From an uncultured virus (IMG/VR IMGVR_UViG_3300025723_000028) (Duplodnaviria; Heunggongvirae; Uroviricota; Caudoviricetes), in the IMG/VR virus record IMGVR_UViG_3300025723_000028: a DNA stretch of 64,000 nt; one strand, written 5' to 3'. Below, piece by piece: positions 24,639 to 35,160 of this stretch (positions are counted from its first letter, which is position 1; each line of letters begins with the position of its first letter). The notes beneath the pieces were generated by a model. It ran no database searches. It saw nothing but the letters and a program-made list of their open reading frames with translations, and was not told the origin of the DNA. The position numbers and the translations under genes are program-made.

Positions 24639-25835
24639 ATGTACCCAATAGACAACGTAAAAATGTGGTCCGGCGATATGGAAGTCGAACAGGCTGCTAT
24701 GGATCAACTGCGTAATATCAGTGCTTTGCCAATTTTAGCAGGTCATGTGGCAGTTATGCCCGATGTCCATATGGGCAAAGGTGCCACCGTGGGATCAGTT
24801 ATCCCAACCCGCAGTGCAATTATTCCTGCCGCAGTTGGTGTGGATATTGGGTGTGGAATGTGTGCGGCTATGACTAATCTAACCGCATCTGATTTGCCAG
24901 ATAGCCTAGTCAGCTTGCGTAATCAAATTGAACGTGACGTACCTGTGGGGTTTAACGAACACAAGCAGGGTATTCCCAGTGTAACAGGTCCATATGCTGA
25001 TGTATTGCGTAAGAACTTACGCAATACCATGGATCGTTTTGAACATTTAGCCCTAGTGCCACATTTGAACCGTGCTGACTTTAACAAGATTGGACGGCAA
25101 GTTGGTACTCTTGGTGGCGGAAATCACTTTATCGAGCTGTGTTTAGATAGCGAAGATCGAGTGTGGATCATGTTACATAGCGGCAGTCGTGGTATTGGTA
25201 ATCAAATTGGTTCTGTTGCTATCGAATTAGCTAAGGAGCAAGCATTGAAGCGAGATTACAGTCTTGCTGATCGAGACTTGGCTTGGCTTGACGAAGGAAC
25301 CGCAGAGTTTGATGCTTACATTGAAGCTATGTTATGGGCGCAAGATTATGCACGTTTTAACCGTGATACTATGATGAATTTAGTTACCTCACTGATGCTA
25401 CGTCGATTTCCACAAATGAAAATTGTAGGAGAAGTTGTTAATTGTCATCATAACTTTACCTCCATCGAAGAACATTTCGGTGAAAAAATGTGGGTCACAC
25501 GTAAAGGTGCAGTGTCAGCGCAAGCAGGACAAATGGGAATTATTCCTGGATCAATGGGTGCTAAATCATTCATTGTACAAGGAAAAGGCAATGCCGATTC
25601 TTACTGTTCGTGCTCACATGGTGCTGGGCGTAAACACAGCCGTAATGGTGCAAAACGTCTATTTTCATTAGATGATCTAGCATCGCAGACTGCTGGTGTT
25701 GAGTGCCGCAAAGACTCAGGTGTACTGGACGAAATTCCAGGTGCTTATAAGAACATAGACGACGTTATGAGTGCTCAAAGAGACCTTGTTGAGATCGTTC
25801 ATACGCTAAAACAAGTATTATGTGTCAAAGGTTAA
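24639..25835 (+). CDS. rtcB: RNA 2',3'-cyclic phosphate/5'-OH ligase RtcB
   Basis: VMPDVHMGKG, VGVDIGCG, GTLGGGNHFIE, HSGSRG, SHGAGR, DEIPGAYK. Confidence 0.95.
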   Translation: MYPIDNVKMWSGDMEVEQAAMDQLRNISALPILAGHVAVMPDVHMGKGATVGSVIPTRSAIIPAAVGVDIGCGMCAAMTNLTASDLPDSLVSLRNQIERDVPVGFNEHKQGIPSVTGPYADVLRKNLRNTMDRFEHLALVPHLNRADFNKIGRQVGTLGGGNHFIELCLDSEDRVWIMLHSGSRGIGNQIGSVAIELAKEQALKRDYSLADRDLAWLDEGTAEFDAYIEAMLWAQDYARFNRDTMMNLVTSLMLRRFPQMKIVGEVVNCHHNFTSIEEHFGEKMWVTRKGAVSAQAGQMGIIPGSMGAKSFIVQGKGNADSYCSCSHGAGRKHSRNGAKRLFSLDDLASQTAGVECRKDSGVLDEIPGAYKNIDDVMSAQRDLVEIVHTLKQVLCVKG

Positions 25836-25892
25836 AGATATTATTATTGTAATGGCAGCACAAATGATAAATACTTTAAAGGAACATATACA

Positions 25893-26741
25893 ATGAAAGA
25901 ACTAACTTTAAAGGAATGGACAAAACTAAGCGAGCAATATCATTTACTTGAAATTGCTCGCATTATAGGCTCTAACAAAAGCACCGTGCGAAGAAAGTTA
26001 AATGAGTTGGGGCTAAATCCACTGCCATATAAACAGAGCCAAGAAACCAGAAATAAACGAAGTAAAACTCTTCTTGAATTTGCCAAAGACAATCCAGGAG
26101 CAGTAGCCGAAAGATGTGAAAGTATGATCATTTCCAATAAGGATAAAAAAGGCAAGACGCTACACGAGATTTACGGGAAGGATGCTGAAGAAGTTCGTGC
26201 TAATTTAAAGGCAGGGCATTCTTACCGTATTGGCAAAACTTTTGAAGAAATATTTGGTGAAGGAAATGCTACTACCATAAGAAATAAGATGAGCGATTCC
26301 CACAATGGCCGTATTCATTCTGTCGAAGCAATCAAAAAGATGTCACAAACTCGTAAAAGAAAAATCGCTTCTGGGGAAATAAAACTATCGCCAAAAGCAG
26401 GATGTGGCAAGGGTGGATTTAAGGAAGATATCGGGCATTATATCAGAAGTAGGTATGAACATTATTTTGCGAGAGAACTGAAAAAACAAAATATCAAATA
26501 CAAGTATGAACCAGAAGTGTTTGATATTGTAGTTGATGATATACAAACAACCTATACCCCAGATTTTTTGATAGATAGCGTTTATTACGAAATAAAAAAT
26601 TCCTACAATGCTACATTAGAGACTTTTATAAAAAAATTAAATGCGTTTAGGGAAAAATATCCAGAAAAAAAAGTCATAGTTGTAATAGGCAGTAAAAAAG
26701 AATCTGATTATTCAGAGATCATAGATAATATTTTTAATTGA
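25893..26741 (+). CDS. putative homing endonuclease (NUMOD3-like plus PD-(D/E)XK)
   Basis: HSVEAIKKMS; RSRYE...YEPE...YTPDFLI...EIK. Confidence 0.75.
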   Translation: MKELTLKEWTKLSEQYHLLEIARIIGSNKSTVRRKLNELGLNPLPYKQSQETRNKRSKTLLEFAKDNPGAVAERCESMIISNKDKKGKTLHEIYGKDAEEVRANLKAGHSYRIGKTFEEIFGEGNATTIRNKMSDSHNGRIHSVEAIKKMSQTRKRKIASGEIKLSPKAGCGKGGFKEDIGHYIRSRYEHYFARELKKQNIKYKYEPEVFDIVVDDIQTTYTPDFLIDSVYYEIKNSYNATLETFIKKLNAFREKYPEKKVIVVIGSKKESDYSEIIDNIFN

Positions 26742-26753
26742 AAGGAGGCATTT

Positions 26754-27359
26754 ATGCCGGCAAGTTTTTTGTATTCAGACCCGCATTTCTCACATGCGGG
26801 AGTTTGTAAATTTCTCAGAGCAGATGGCGTAACTAAGTTACGTCCATTTGATGATATTACTGAGATGGACGAACATTTGATTGAACGGTTTAATGAAACT
26901 GTTCGGCCCAGTGATAAAGTCTATTTCCTCGGTGATGTTGTTATTAACCGTAAGGCCTTGGCAGCAATTATGCCTAGGCTGAACGGCGATAAAGTTCTTA
27001 TTCGTGGCAATCACGATATCTTTAAATTGTCGGATTATACTCCGTACTTTAGAGATATTCGTGCATATCATGTATTCAATGGTATGATTCTTAGCCACAT
27101 TCCGGTCCATGCTGCAAGCATTGGTCGGTTTGGGGTGAACATACACGGCCATTTGCACGAAAAACGTGTGAAGAAACCCACGGGCGTTGATGCATGGACT
27201 GGCGAAATTATCTATGGCGATGAAATTGATCCTCGCTACCACTGCGTTTGCGTAGAAGCCACAGACTTTGCTCCAATACTCTTTGAAGACGTTATCAAAC
27301 GGATTGAAGCAGAGGGAGGCACAGTGGGCTTCCGTAATGGAAACGGTCCTACTATGTAA
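26754..27359 (+). CDS. calcineurin-like metallophosphoesterase
   Basis: SDPHF, LGDV, RGNHD, HGHLH. Confidence 0.9.
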   Translation: MPASFLYSDPHFSHAGVCKFLRADGVTKLRPFDDITEMDEHLIERFNETVRPSDKVYFLGDVVINRKALAAIMPRLNGDKVLIRGNHDIFKLSDYTPYFRDIRAYHVFNGMILSHIPVHAASIGRFGVNIHGHLHEKRVKKPTGVDAWTGEIIYGDEIDPRYHCVCVEATDFAPILFEDVIKRIEAEGGTVGFRNGNGPTM

Positions 27360-27915
27360 GCGTTCTGCCTCGGGTCCAATCAGGTCCGGGGCAGTCTTTT
27401 ACTACTTTGTTGATTGTGCCATCGGTCCACCAAATGGCACCAATGCGTCTTGCTCCAATAAGTTGTTTGGTAGATTCAGATAACTTTTGACCTGTTTTAC
27501 TTTTACCACCTCGAGCATTTTGATTGCCTATAGCACGAATTGATCTTGCTTTACACATATCTTCTGTATATACAGTATTCTTTCCGAGTTGATTTCCTAA
27601 CAAACGAACAGCCGATTGTTGCCTGTGTTTAATTGATGGAATCCATCCAGATACACCATCTCCACCATCTGTTTTGTTGTGTAGTATTCCGGTTCCTAAA
27701 TCCTTGCGTCCGTACCAAGATATCATTCTGCGTTCGAGTGCCAGGGCACCAACTTCGGATAGATTAGATTCAAGTATGACTATTTTGGTTTGGTCTTTCG
27801 GTACTGATACATTGTGTCGCCGATCCCAAGCCCGTTTTCCCGAACCTTTTCCGATATAATATGGAGAGTTATCCGATTTTCTCAGATAGGCGTAGACATA
27901 GAAGTGTAAATACAT
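27352..27915 (-). CDS. GIY-YIG homing endonuclease with NUMOD3-like tail
   Basis: FYVYAYLR...PYYIGKG...[22 protein letters not shown]. Confidence 0.85.
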   Translation of the reverse strand: MYLHFYVYAYLRKSDNSPYYIGKGSGKRAWDRRHNVSVPKDQTKIVILESNLSEVGALALERRMISWYGRKDLGTGILHNKTDGGDGVSGWIPSIKHRQQSAVRLLGNQLGKNTVYTEDMCKARSIRAIGNQNARGGKSKTGQKLSESTKQLIGARRIGAIWWTDGTINKVVKDCPGPDWTRGRTLT

Positions 27916-28086
27916 TGCTGGTGCTCCTCATAGCATTAGAGTCAGTGGATATTGGCGTATCGCGACTGGCACTTTTATTTATACTTTTGGTTAAAAAGAT
28001 CCAGATAATTTTTTCTACATAAAATAAACAGTATGACTAAACTCGATACTTTAGAGACATCTTCGAACAGGATAGAAATCAGCGTT

Positions 28087-28143
28087 ATTGAAGCAGAAGG
28101 TGGGCAAGTTGGTTTTAAAAATGGTAATGGGCCTACTATGTAA
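28087..28143 (+). pseudogene. duplicate 3' end of the phosphoesterase gene
   Basis: IEAEGGQVGFKNGNGPTM* vs [18 protein letters not shown]. Confidence 0.85.
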
Positions 28144-28160
28144 TTAATAAATAAAATACT

Positions 28161-28781
28161 ATGATTATAAACTGTGGGCCCGACTTTGATCAACGTACTT
28201 TATCACTGATACTTCCAGAAAAAAGAAGTGTCATAGCAGTTCTTATTAGTGGCGGAATCGACAGTGCTATACTATATTATTTGCTGTTGACTGAAAATAA
28301 TAATACAGGAAACAAGCATAACATATTACCCATATCCATAATGAGATCAGAAGGATCTGAATATTTTAGTAAATTAGTAGTGGCGAATATGAATGAAAAA
28401 TTTGATTTGCCTAAACATGATGCTATTATAGTCGGCGATCCATTATTGCCTGATAATGAACAGGTTAAGTCAGGTGTGCTAGAAGCTTTTAATATAGGAT
28501 TTAATATGGTGTACTGCGGTATTATTGATCAACACCCAGATCATATGGTTGGATGGACTCCGGCTGCTATAACAGAAAGTCACAAATTTAAAATCCCATT
28601 AAAAAATCTTAATAAATCACACATAATAGATCTTGTAATTAAATGCAATCAACAGGATTTATTTTATATTACGCATACTTGTGTTAAATTTAAAATTGGC
28701 AGATGCCATGCGTGTAATGGGTGTAATGAGAGAGCGTGGGGATTTGAGAAATTGGGATTGGTTGATCCTGGTAACATATAA
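28161..28781 (+). CDS. QueC-like PP-loop ATPase
   Basis: ISGGIDSA; THTC...CHACNGCNER zinc motif. Confidence 0.7.
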   Translation: MIINCGPDFDQRTLSLILPEKRSVIAVLISGGIDSAILYYLLLTENNNTGNKHNILPISIMRSEGSEYFSKLVVANMNEKFDLPKHDAIIVGDPLLPDNEQVKSGVLEAFNIGFNMVYCGIIDQHPDHMVGWTPAAITESHKFKIPLKNLNKSHIIDLVIKCNQQDLFYITHTCVKFKIGRCHACNGCNERAWGFEKLGLVDPGNI

Positions 28782-28833
28782 AAATTTAATGTGTACTAAA
28801 ATTTATAATAAGTAAGTTAGTAAAGGAAATTAC

Positions 28834-29061
28834 ATGGCAAAGAAATCATTAAAATCATCCCTTCAAACTAAAACTGGTAAGACCCTGTTGGGCCCATTAA
28901 GTATTAAGCAGTTAGAAGAAATGTTAGAAAAATCAAGTCGTCCTAAAGATAAAGCAAAGATTCAAAATCGTATTCGTATTCTTACATCACGCAAAAATTT
29001 TATCAAAGCAGTACCTGTAGTTTCCTCGCAAGAGGTGGTGGAGCCGGCAGAGTCAAACTAG
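28834..29061 (+). CDS. small basic hypothetical protein
   Basis: AAGGA RBS. Confidence 0.65.
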   Translation: MAKKSLKSSLQTKTGKTLLGPLSIKQLEEMLEKSSRPKDKAKIQNRIRILTSRKNFIKAVPVVSSQEVVEPAESN

Positions 29062-29110
29062 TCACTTGACTCTGTTTTTATTTTGTAGTACAATAGTAAG
29101 AGTAATAAAT

Positions 29111-29186
29111 GCCCTCATAGCTCATTTGGTAGAGCACCGCACTTGTAATGCGGGGGTGGTCAGTTCGAATCCGACTGAGGGCACCA
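29111..29186 (+). tRNA. tRNA-Thr(TGT)
   Basis: CCGCA-CTTGTAA-TGCGG. Confidence 0.9.
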
Positions 29187-29203
29187 TAGTTTTGTAGCAC
29201 AAT

Positions 29204-29279
29204 TGGCCAGTAGCTCAGTTGGTAGAGCAACAGACTGTTAATCTGTGGGTCGCAGGATCGTGCCCTGCCTGGCCAGCCA
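29204..29279 (+). tRNA. tRNA-Asn(GTT), T-loop ATCGTGC
   Basis: ACAGA-CTGTTAA-TCTGT. Confidence 0.85.
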
Positions 29280-29296
29280 TTTAAAAAGGAATTACA

Positions 29297-29464
29297 ATGA
29301 GTAAAATGTCAGATATACTTAAACAAGCATTAGATAAGAAAAAAGGTATACATCACATTGAACCCGATGGAACTCCAGTAATAGAAAAGAAACCCAAGGG
29401 TAACACATCTTCTACTACCCCGGGTAAAAAGCCCCCAACACGTTCAGCTGGACGCGGCAGATAA
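29297..29464 (+). CDS. small basic protein (55 aa)
   Basis: AAGGA RBS; MSKMSDILKQALDKKKG... Confidence 0.55.
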   Translation: MSKMSDILKQALDKKKGIHHIEPDGTPVIEKKPKGNTSSTTPGKKPPTRSAGRGR

Positions 29465-29478
29465 TTTAAAATTAATCA

Positions 29479-29606
29479 TTGACAATTAATCCCTACATGT
29501 TTATAATAGATATGTAGGGTTTATTTTTGATTAAAATTTGATACTGTTGTAAAAATACACAGCAACAAATTATATAGTTGACAATTAACCTTATACACAC
29601 TACAAT
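29479..29606 (+). promoter_or_regulatory. two tandem sigma70 promoters
   Basis: TTGACA-17-TATAAT (29479) and TTGACA-17-TACAAT (29578). Confidence 0.75.
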
Positions 29607-29664
29607 AACTATGCATTAATAAATTATATAACTTTTATTTTAAACTTTTTAAGGAACACAGCCC

Positions 29665-30750
29665 ATGTCAGATACTAGACAAGTTACTACAGTACAAGCC
29701 CGTCGCTCATTGCTTACGGCATTTAAACTTCAACGCCCGTTGTTTTTGTGGGGTCCTCCAGGAATTGGTAAATCAGACTTAGTAGCTGATATTACTGCTG
29801 ACCTAGGTGGTTTTATGATTGACTTGCGATTAGGTCAAATGGAACCGACAGATATTCGTGGTATTCCGTTTTATAATCGTGATATTGGCAAAATGGATTG
29901 GGCTCCTCCAATTGATTTGCCAGACGAAGAGTTAGCAAGTCAATATCCAATCATCGTATTGTTCTTGGACGAAATGAATTCGGCAGCTCCATCTGTACAA
30001 TCAGCAGCTTATCAACTGGTACTTAACCGTCGCATTGGTAAGTATGTATTGCCTAAAAACGTTGTTATGGTTGCAGCAGGTAATCGTGAAAGCGACAAAG
30101 GTGTAACCTATCGTATGCCTACTCCATTGGCAAATCGTTTCATTCACCAAGAATTAAAAGTAGATTTTGATGCTTGGCAAGATTGGGCTGTTATGCACAA
30201 AGAACACAAAGACGTTATTGGTTATTTAGGTTCTAACAAACAGGACTTAAACGAGCGTGATGCTAAATCAGCAAGTCGTGCATTTCCTACTCCGCGCAGC
30301 TGGCATTTTGTAAGTCAACTTTTGTCAGATGATTCTGTCGACGAAGAAACCCTTACTAACTTGATTTCAGGTACTATTGGTGAAGGACTTGCTATTAAGT
30401 TCAACGCTCACCGTAAGATTGCTGGTCGCATGCCTAAGCCAGAAGATATTTTGTCAGGCAAAGTAACCACGCTTGATGTTAAGGAAGTATCGGCTATGTA
30501 CTCATTGGTTATTTCAATGTGTTACGAGTTGAAAGAAGCTGTAGACAAAAAGATTCCCGACAAAGACTTCCATTCTATGTCAGATTACTTTTTTGCTTAC
30601 ATGATGAAAAACTTTGAAGTTGAATTGGTAGTTATGGGTGCTCGTATTGCGCTTACCGTATATAACTTGCCATTCCAGCCAACTAAGTTGAAAAACTTCG
30701 ACGAATTCCATAAGAAATTCGGCAAGTATATTTTGAACGCATCAGCTTAA
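29665..30750 (+). CDS. MoxR-like AAA+ ATPase
   Basis: GPPGIGKS, LFLDEMN, AAGNR, PLANRF, TPRSW. Confidence 0.9.
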   Translation: MSDTRQVTTVQARRSLLTAFKLQRPLFLWGPPGIGKSDLVADITADLGGFMIDLRLGQMEPTDIRGIPFYNRDIGKMDWAPPIDLPDEELASQYPIIVLFLDEMNSAAPSVQSAAYQLVLNRRIGKYVLPKNVVMVAAGNRESDKGVTYRMPTPLANRFIHQELKVDFDAWQDWAVMHKEHKDVIGYLGSNKQDLNERDAKSASRAFPTPRSWHFVSQLLSDDSVDEETLTNLISGTIGEGLAIKFNAHRKIAGRMPKPEDILSGKVTTLDVKEVSAMYSLVISMCYELKEAVDKKIPDKDFHSMSDYFFAYMMKNFEVELVVMGARIALTVYNLPFQPTKLKNFDEFHKKFGKYILNASA

Positions 30751-30780
30751 CGGCAACGGAGGGTTGTGCGGTTGTAATAC

Positions 30781-30802
30781 AGGGCTGTGTTCGCACAGCC
30801 CT
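30781..30802 (+). terminator. stable hairpin after the AAA gene
   Basis: AGGGCTGTG-TTCG-CACAGCCCT; weak U-tract. Confidence 0.45.
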
Positions 30803-30815
30803 CCAATACTTTTAT

Positions 30816-33337
30816 ATGAAATATAGCATACATACTTTTACCGAAAATAAAAACTTTAAACATGGTATTTTGTTTAATACTATGTTAGACTATCATTACG
30901 CCAGACAATGGATAACAAAAACCTATGGTGATGGTGTAAATGCAAGGTTACTACTGGATGCTGAATATAGCCAAATAAAATGGGGTTATGTTTTAGAACG
31001 TTATTCATATATGATTTATCTTCGAGATGATAGTATGCTTAGTTGGTTTATATTGAAGTACGGAGAATCTACTATATGAAAACACTGCGTCGGCAAATTA
31101 TCATCAGAGAAAACGAATATATAACTCTATGTGCCAAGTTTGCTAGAACTAAACTTTATGATCGTGCTGATTGTGATACAATGATCTATTCACGTATTCA
31201 ACATGAAAATTTGTTGGCTGTATTGAAAAATCCCGATCTTATCTACAGAGAGGCATATCAACGTAATGCATCAGCTTACCAAATTTTAACTGATCGCAGA
31301 GCTATACTATATAATCAAAGATATTTAGATTGGATGTCGTACATTGATTCTGTCACTGGCGAGTTTTGGATTCAACCCAACCGCTACAATGCAGAAGAGG
31401 ATCGTCTGGTACTGGCTACATTTGAAAAAGATTTACCATGAAAGCATCGTTATCAACCAATCGATTCCAATTAATATCAGGTTCGTATAGTAGCTTGATG
31501 CTAGCGGTTACGGATTATGTATGGTGGTCCAAAAATGAACGTGAAATAATGAACTGGATGGTTGAAAGTTTGCCCAGGGGAATTGATCATTTAGAAGGAT
31601 CGATATTGGTATTCGATAACGATTTTGATCGTATAAATTTTTTAATGCGATGGGGACCATAATGGCACGAGATTTAGAAGAAGATATTAAAAATGATGCC
31701 ATCATAATGGCTAAACTACGAAACAACTCTTATGCTCAGAATGTCTACGCCGCTATGTGTAACATGCAGTGGCAAGCTCAAGAAGTATGGCCTATTTTAA
31801 AAGAAGAATTGTGGCGTACTAGTTGGCGGGGTGCCGGTGGAATAGTGGCTGATCTTCGTGACTGTAATGAAGATTATATAGATTGGTATGCTAGTGGAAT
31901 GGGCGGGGTAGCTACCTATGACGAAAATGAAGGGCGAGAATCTATGTCACGCCAAGGGTACGTACCGGAAGGTGTAGTAACCGATGAAATACGCGAAGAC
32001 TTTGCACGAATTGGATGGCGACCTGTACCATATCCCAGCGACAAATAAAAAGTTAATGACTAACCAAGAGATAACCGACTATTTCGACGAAGCTTCGACA
32101 ATAGCAAAGATACGTTATGCTGCCAAAAATGATCCAGCCTTGCGAGAAATGCTGGACCAATTGATAGTTTTCTATAAGCTAAAATATAGTGACATCGCAG
32201 ACACATTGAAAGAAGAGTGGGAAGAAGAAGACGATGACAGTGAATTATACAACCCGTGGTGGGATGACGGAGATGAATAATGTCATTAACTGCTGATCGA
32301 GTTAAAAAGAAATGGTACAACGATGCAACCGGAGAATGGGTTGATTATACGTTATATCGAATTGATTATGACAAAAAGGTGCATGCTTGGCTTTCTAAAA
32401 GTTTTGCAGGAACCGAGTATAATTTAGAATCAGGAGTGGGATGGAGTTGGTTAATGAACCGAATTTTTATGGATGAATCAATTTATATGATGTGTCAGTT
32501 AAAATTTGGTTCAACATGAAAGACGAGTACTATAATTCGCATAAGGCGAGATTAGATACAATAACCGGCAGAAATTTGTATTGGATAAGGTTAATATCTG
32601 CTAAAAAAGAATTTGATGATCTCTATTTAAATAATATGGATGACCCATCATTAGTCAGCTTTAATAATTACATGCATAATACTTATGGCATAGATATAAA
32701 TTCAGATTCATCTGGTAAAATACTACCAACTTATAATATAATAGATGAACACAAATATCTTATATTTTTATTGAAACACGGAAACAAATGAAAACCAAAA
32801 TCAAATATAATACCATTATCTTTGAAAAAGAATCAGAGTGGAACTATATTCGTGATCGAATTAAACAGGATTTTGGACGAACTATTTTTACTATATCATG
32901 GAAACTAAAACGCGAACTGGGGTTTACAGTTAGATATCACAAAGGATTGGTCCCATGGAATGACGACGAAACTAAAATGTACTATCAGAATCAAGTTCAT
33001 CTTGATTTTTATACAGAATCAGCACAATCTTGGTTCCTATTAAAGTATGTAAATATCGATGAACAGTAACAAATACAAAATCACAAAATTAGATAAACGA
33101 TATGCAGGACATTATTATTATAAATGTTTTGTTACACCATACGCAACTTCGGGCGATGCATATCTCAAGGATTTTATTGATTTTAGAATTTGGTGTTGGG
33201 AAACTTGGGGGCCATCGACTGAATTAGACATATCATTCCGTAACAAATTTTGGGCATGGGATACTAAAGATAGTCATTTTCGTATATACTTAAATGATGA
33301 AGCATACACTTTTTTTATTTTAAAATTTACTGCTTGA
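30816..33337 (+). other. run of small hypothetical CDS (30816-31079, 31076-31441, 31438-31662, 31662-32048, 32056-32280, 32280-32519, 32516-32791, 32788-33069, 33059-33337)
   Basis: Tightly coupled ORFs with overlapping stop/start codons. Confidence 0.7.
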
Positions 33338-33362
33338 CAATAAATTTAATTGACATTATAAT
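33334..33362 (+). promoter_or_regulatory. sigma70 promoter
   Basis: TTGACA-17-TATAAT. Confidence 0.8.
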
Positions 33363-33392
33363 ATTTTTACATTAACAATTTAGGACTGTATT

Positions 33393-34679
33393 ATGGCAAC
33401 CTCCGGTACAACTACCAACAAAAAAGAAAGCGACAAATTAAAAAATCTGTTAGGACCTACAGATCCTAAACTTGATTCTATTGTACGCGAAAAACTTATT
33501 ACTGCTCGTGTGGGGCTTTTGCTTCGTGCTAGCTTTTTCGGTAACTTGGCAACACGCCTTAAGTTAGTAAATGCAGACGAATGGCTTACTACTGCTGCAA
33601 CTGATGGACGTCATTTTTATTACAATAGTCGTTTTATTGATATGTTGCGTCCTAAGGAAATCGAATTCTTGTTCGGACATGAAGTATTGCATTGTGTTTA
33701 TGACCATATGGGTCGACGTGTTGATCGAGATCCACAACTGTGGAACATCGCTGATGACTATTGTGTAAATTCCGATTTGATCAAACATCGCATTGGTGAA
33801 AAGATCACTACTGTGCCATGCTTGTATGACTCGAAATACGACGGCATGAGTGCTGAACAAGTGTATGATATTTTGTACGAAAACGCTGAAAAAATTAACA
33901 TCCAACAATTGATTGATCAATTGCTTGATGATCACTTGGACGGTGAAGGTGACGACGAGGGTGACGGCGAAGAAGTTGACGGCAGTGGCAAAGGCAAAGG
34001 TCGTCCTAAACTAAGCCAAGCTGAAAAAGATGCTATTCGCGATGAAATTAAAGAAGCTGTGCTAGCAGCCGCATCCGCATCCGACAATGCTGGAAATATT
34101 CCAGCAGGTGTTAAACGTCTTATTGAAAATATGACACAGCCTAAGATGAATTGGCGTGAATTGCTACGTATGCAACTTGAGTCTACTATCAAATCAGACT
34201 TTACTTGGATGCGTACTAGCCGTAAAGGTTGGGATATGGATGCAGTCATGCCTGGCATGAAATTAGATCCTATGATTGATATTGCAATTAGCATTGACGC
34301 ATCTGGTTCTATTAGTCATAAAATGCTTAATGACTTTTTAAGTGAAGTGCAAGGTATTATGGATTCTTTCCCAGCGTATAAAATTCATATTGTGACTTTT
34401 GACACTTGTACTTACAATCCACAACAGTACAATAGTGATAATTTAGATACTATTTGTGATTACGAAATTGTAGGCGGCGGCGGAACTGATTTTGACTGCG
34501 TATTTGAATATTTCAAACGTGAAGAAATTGAACCTAAACGTCACATTATGTTTACCGATGGTTACCCTTGTGGTAGTTGGGGTGACGAAAATTATTGCGA
34601 TACTGTGTTTATTATTCACGGTAACGACAGTATTATTCCTCCGTTCGGACAACATGCGTATTACAATGAGAATGCATAA
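33393..34679 (+). CDS. VWA-like domain / HExxH metallopeptidase (MoxR partner)
   Basis: TAATDG, HEVLH, IDASGS (MIDAS), GGGGTDF, FTDGY. Confidence 0.85.
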   Translation: MATSGTTTNKKESDKLKNLLGPTDPKLDSIVREKLITARVGLLLRASFFGNLATRLKLVNADEWLTTAATDGRHFYYNSRFIDMLRPKEIEFLFGHEVLHCVYDHMGRRVDRDPQLWNIADDYCVNSDLIKHRIGEKITTVPCLYDSKYDGMSAEQVYDILYENAEKINIQQLIDQLLDDHLDGEGDDEGDGEEVDGSGKGKGRPKLSQAEKDAIRDEIKEAVLAAASASDNAGNIPAGVKRLIENMTQPKMNWRELLRMQLESTIKSDFTWMRTSRKGWDMDAVMPGMKLDPMIDIAISIDASGSISHKMLNDFLSEVQGIMDSFPAYKIHIVTFDTCTYNPQQYNSDNLDTICDYEIVGGGGTDFDCVFEYFKREEIEPKRHIMFTDGYPCGSWGDENYCDTVFIIHGNDSIIPPFGQHAYYNENA

Positions 34680-34859
34680 TGAAAAAATTTAAATTTTGGT
34701 ATTTTAAGAATCGAACAAAAATTACCTGGTTTATTATCGGTTGGTTAGCTCTTAATTCATTAGACGAATTGGCAAAAGGGAATTATATTAGTATGCTAAT
34801 AAGTTTAGGATTAATCTGGGTTAATGTAAGTATGCAGTAATTATAGTTCAATATTACCA

Positions 34860-34890
34860 AATGCCCCTTAAATGGGGCATTTTTATTTTT
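34860..34890 (+). terminator. intrinsic terminator
   Basis: AATGCCCC-TTAAAT-GGGGCATT then T-run. Confidence 0.8.
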
Positions 34891-34920
34891 AACAGTAATT
34901 AATTTACATTAAATAGTTGT

Positions 34921-35160
34921 ATGGAAAATACAACACATACAATTACTGTAGCAGATTTAGATGCACTAAGAATCATCGTTAATCTTGCAGCTACCCGTGG
35001 TGCATTTCAAGGACCTGAACTATCCCAAGTTGGGGCAATCTTTGATAAACTCACTGCTTTTCTTAATTCGGTAGTTGAACAAGCACAATCTGCAAACAAC
35101 GAACCCACTGAGCCACTCAGTGATACAACTCAAGGAGTACAAAATGGCACAAATGATTAA
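34921..35160 (+). CDS. hypothetical protein
   Basis: 79 aa; TAAATA upstream. Confidence 0.65.
   Translation: MENTTHTITVADLDALRIIVNLAATRGAFQGPELSQVGAIFDKLTAFLNSVVEQAQSANNEPTEPLSDTTQGVQNGTND

Noticed and set aside
28161..28781. Complete 7-deazaguanine DNA modification pathway
   Set aside because: Only a QueC-like PP-loop gene is visible; no recognisable folE, queD or dpdA in the window
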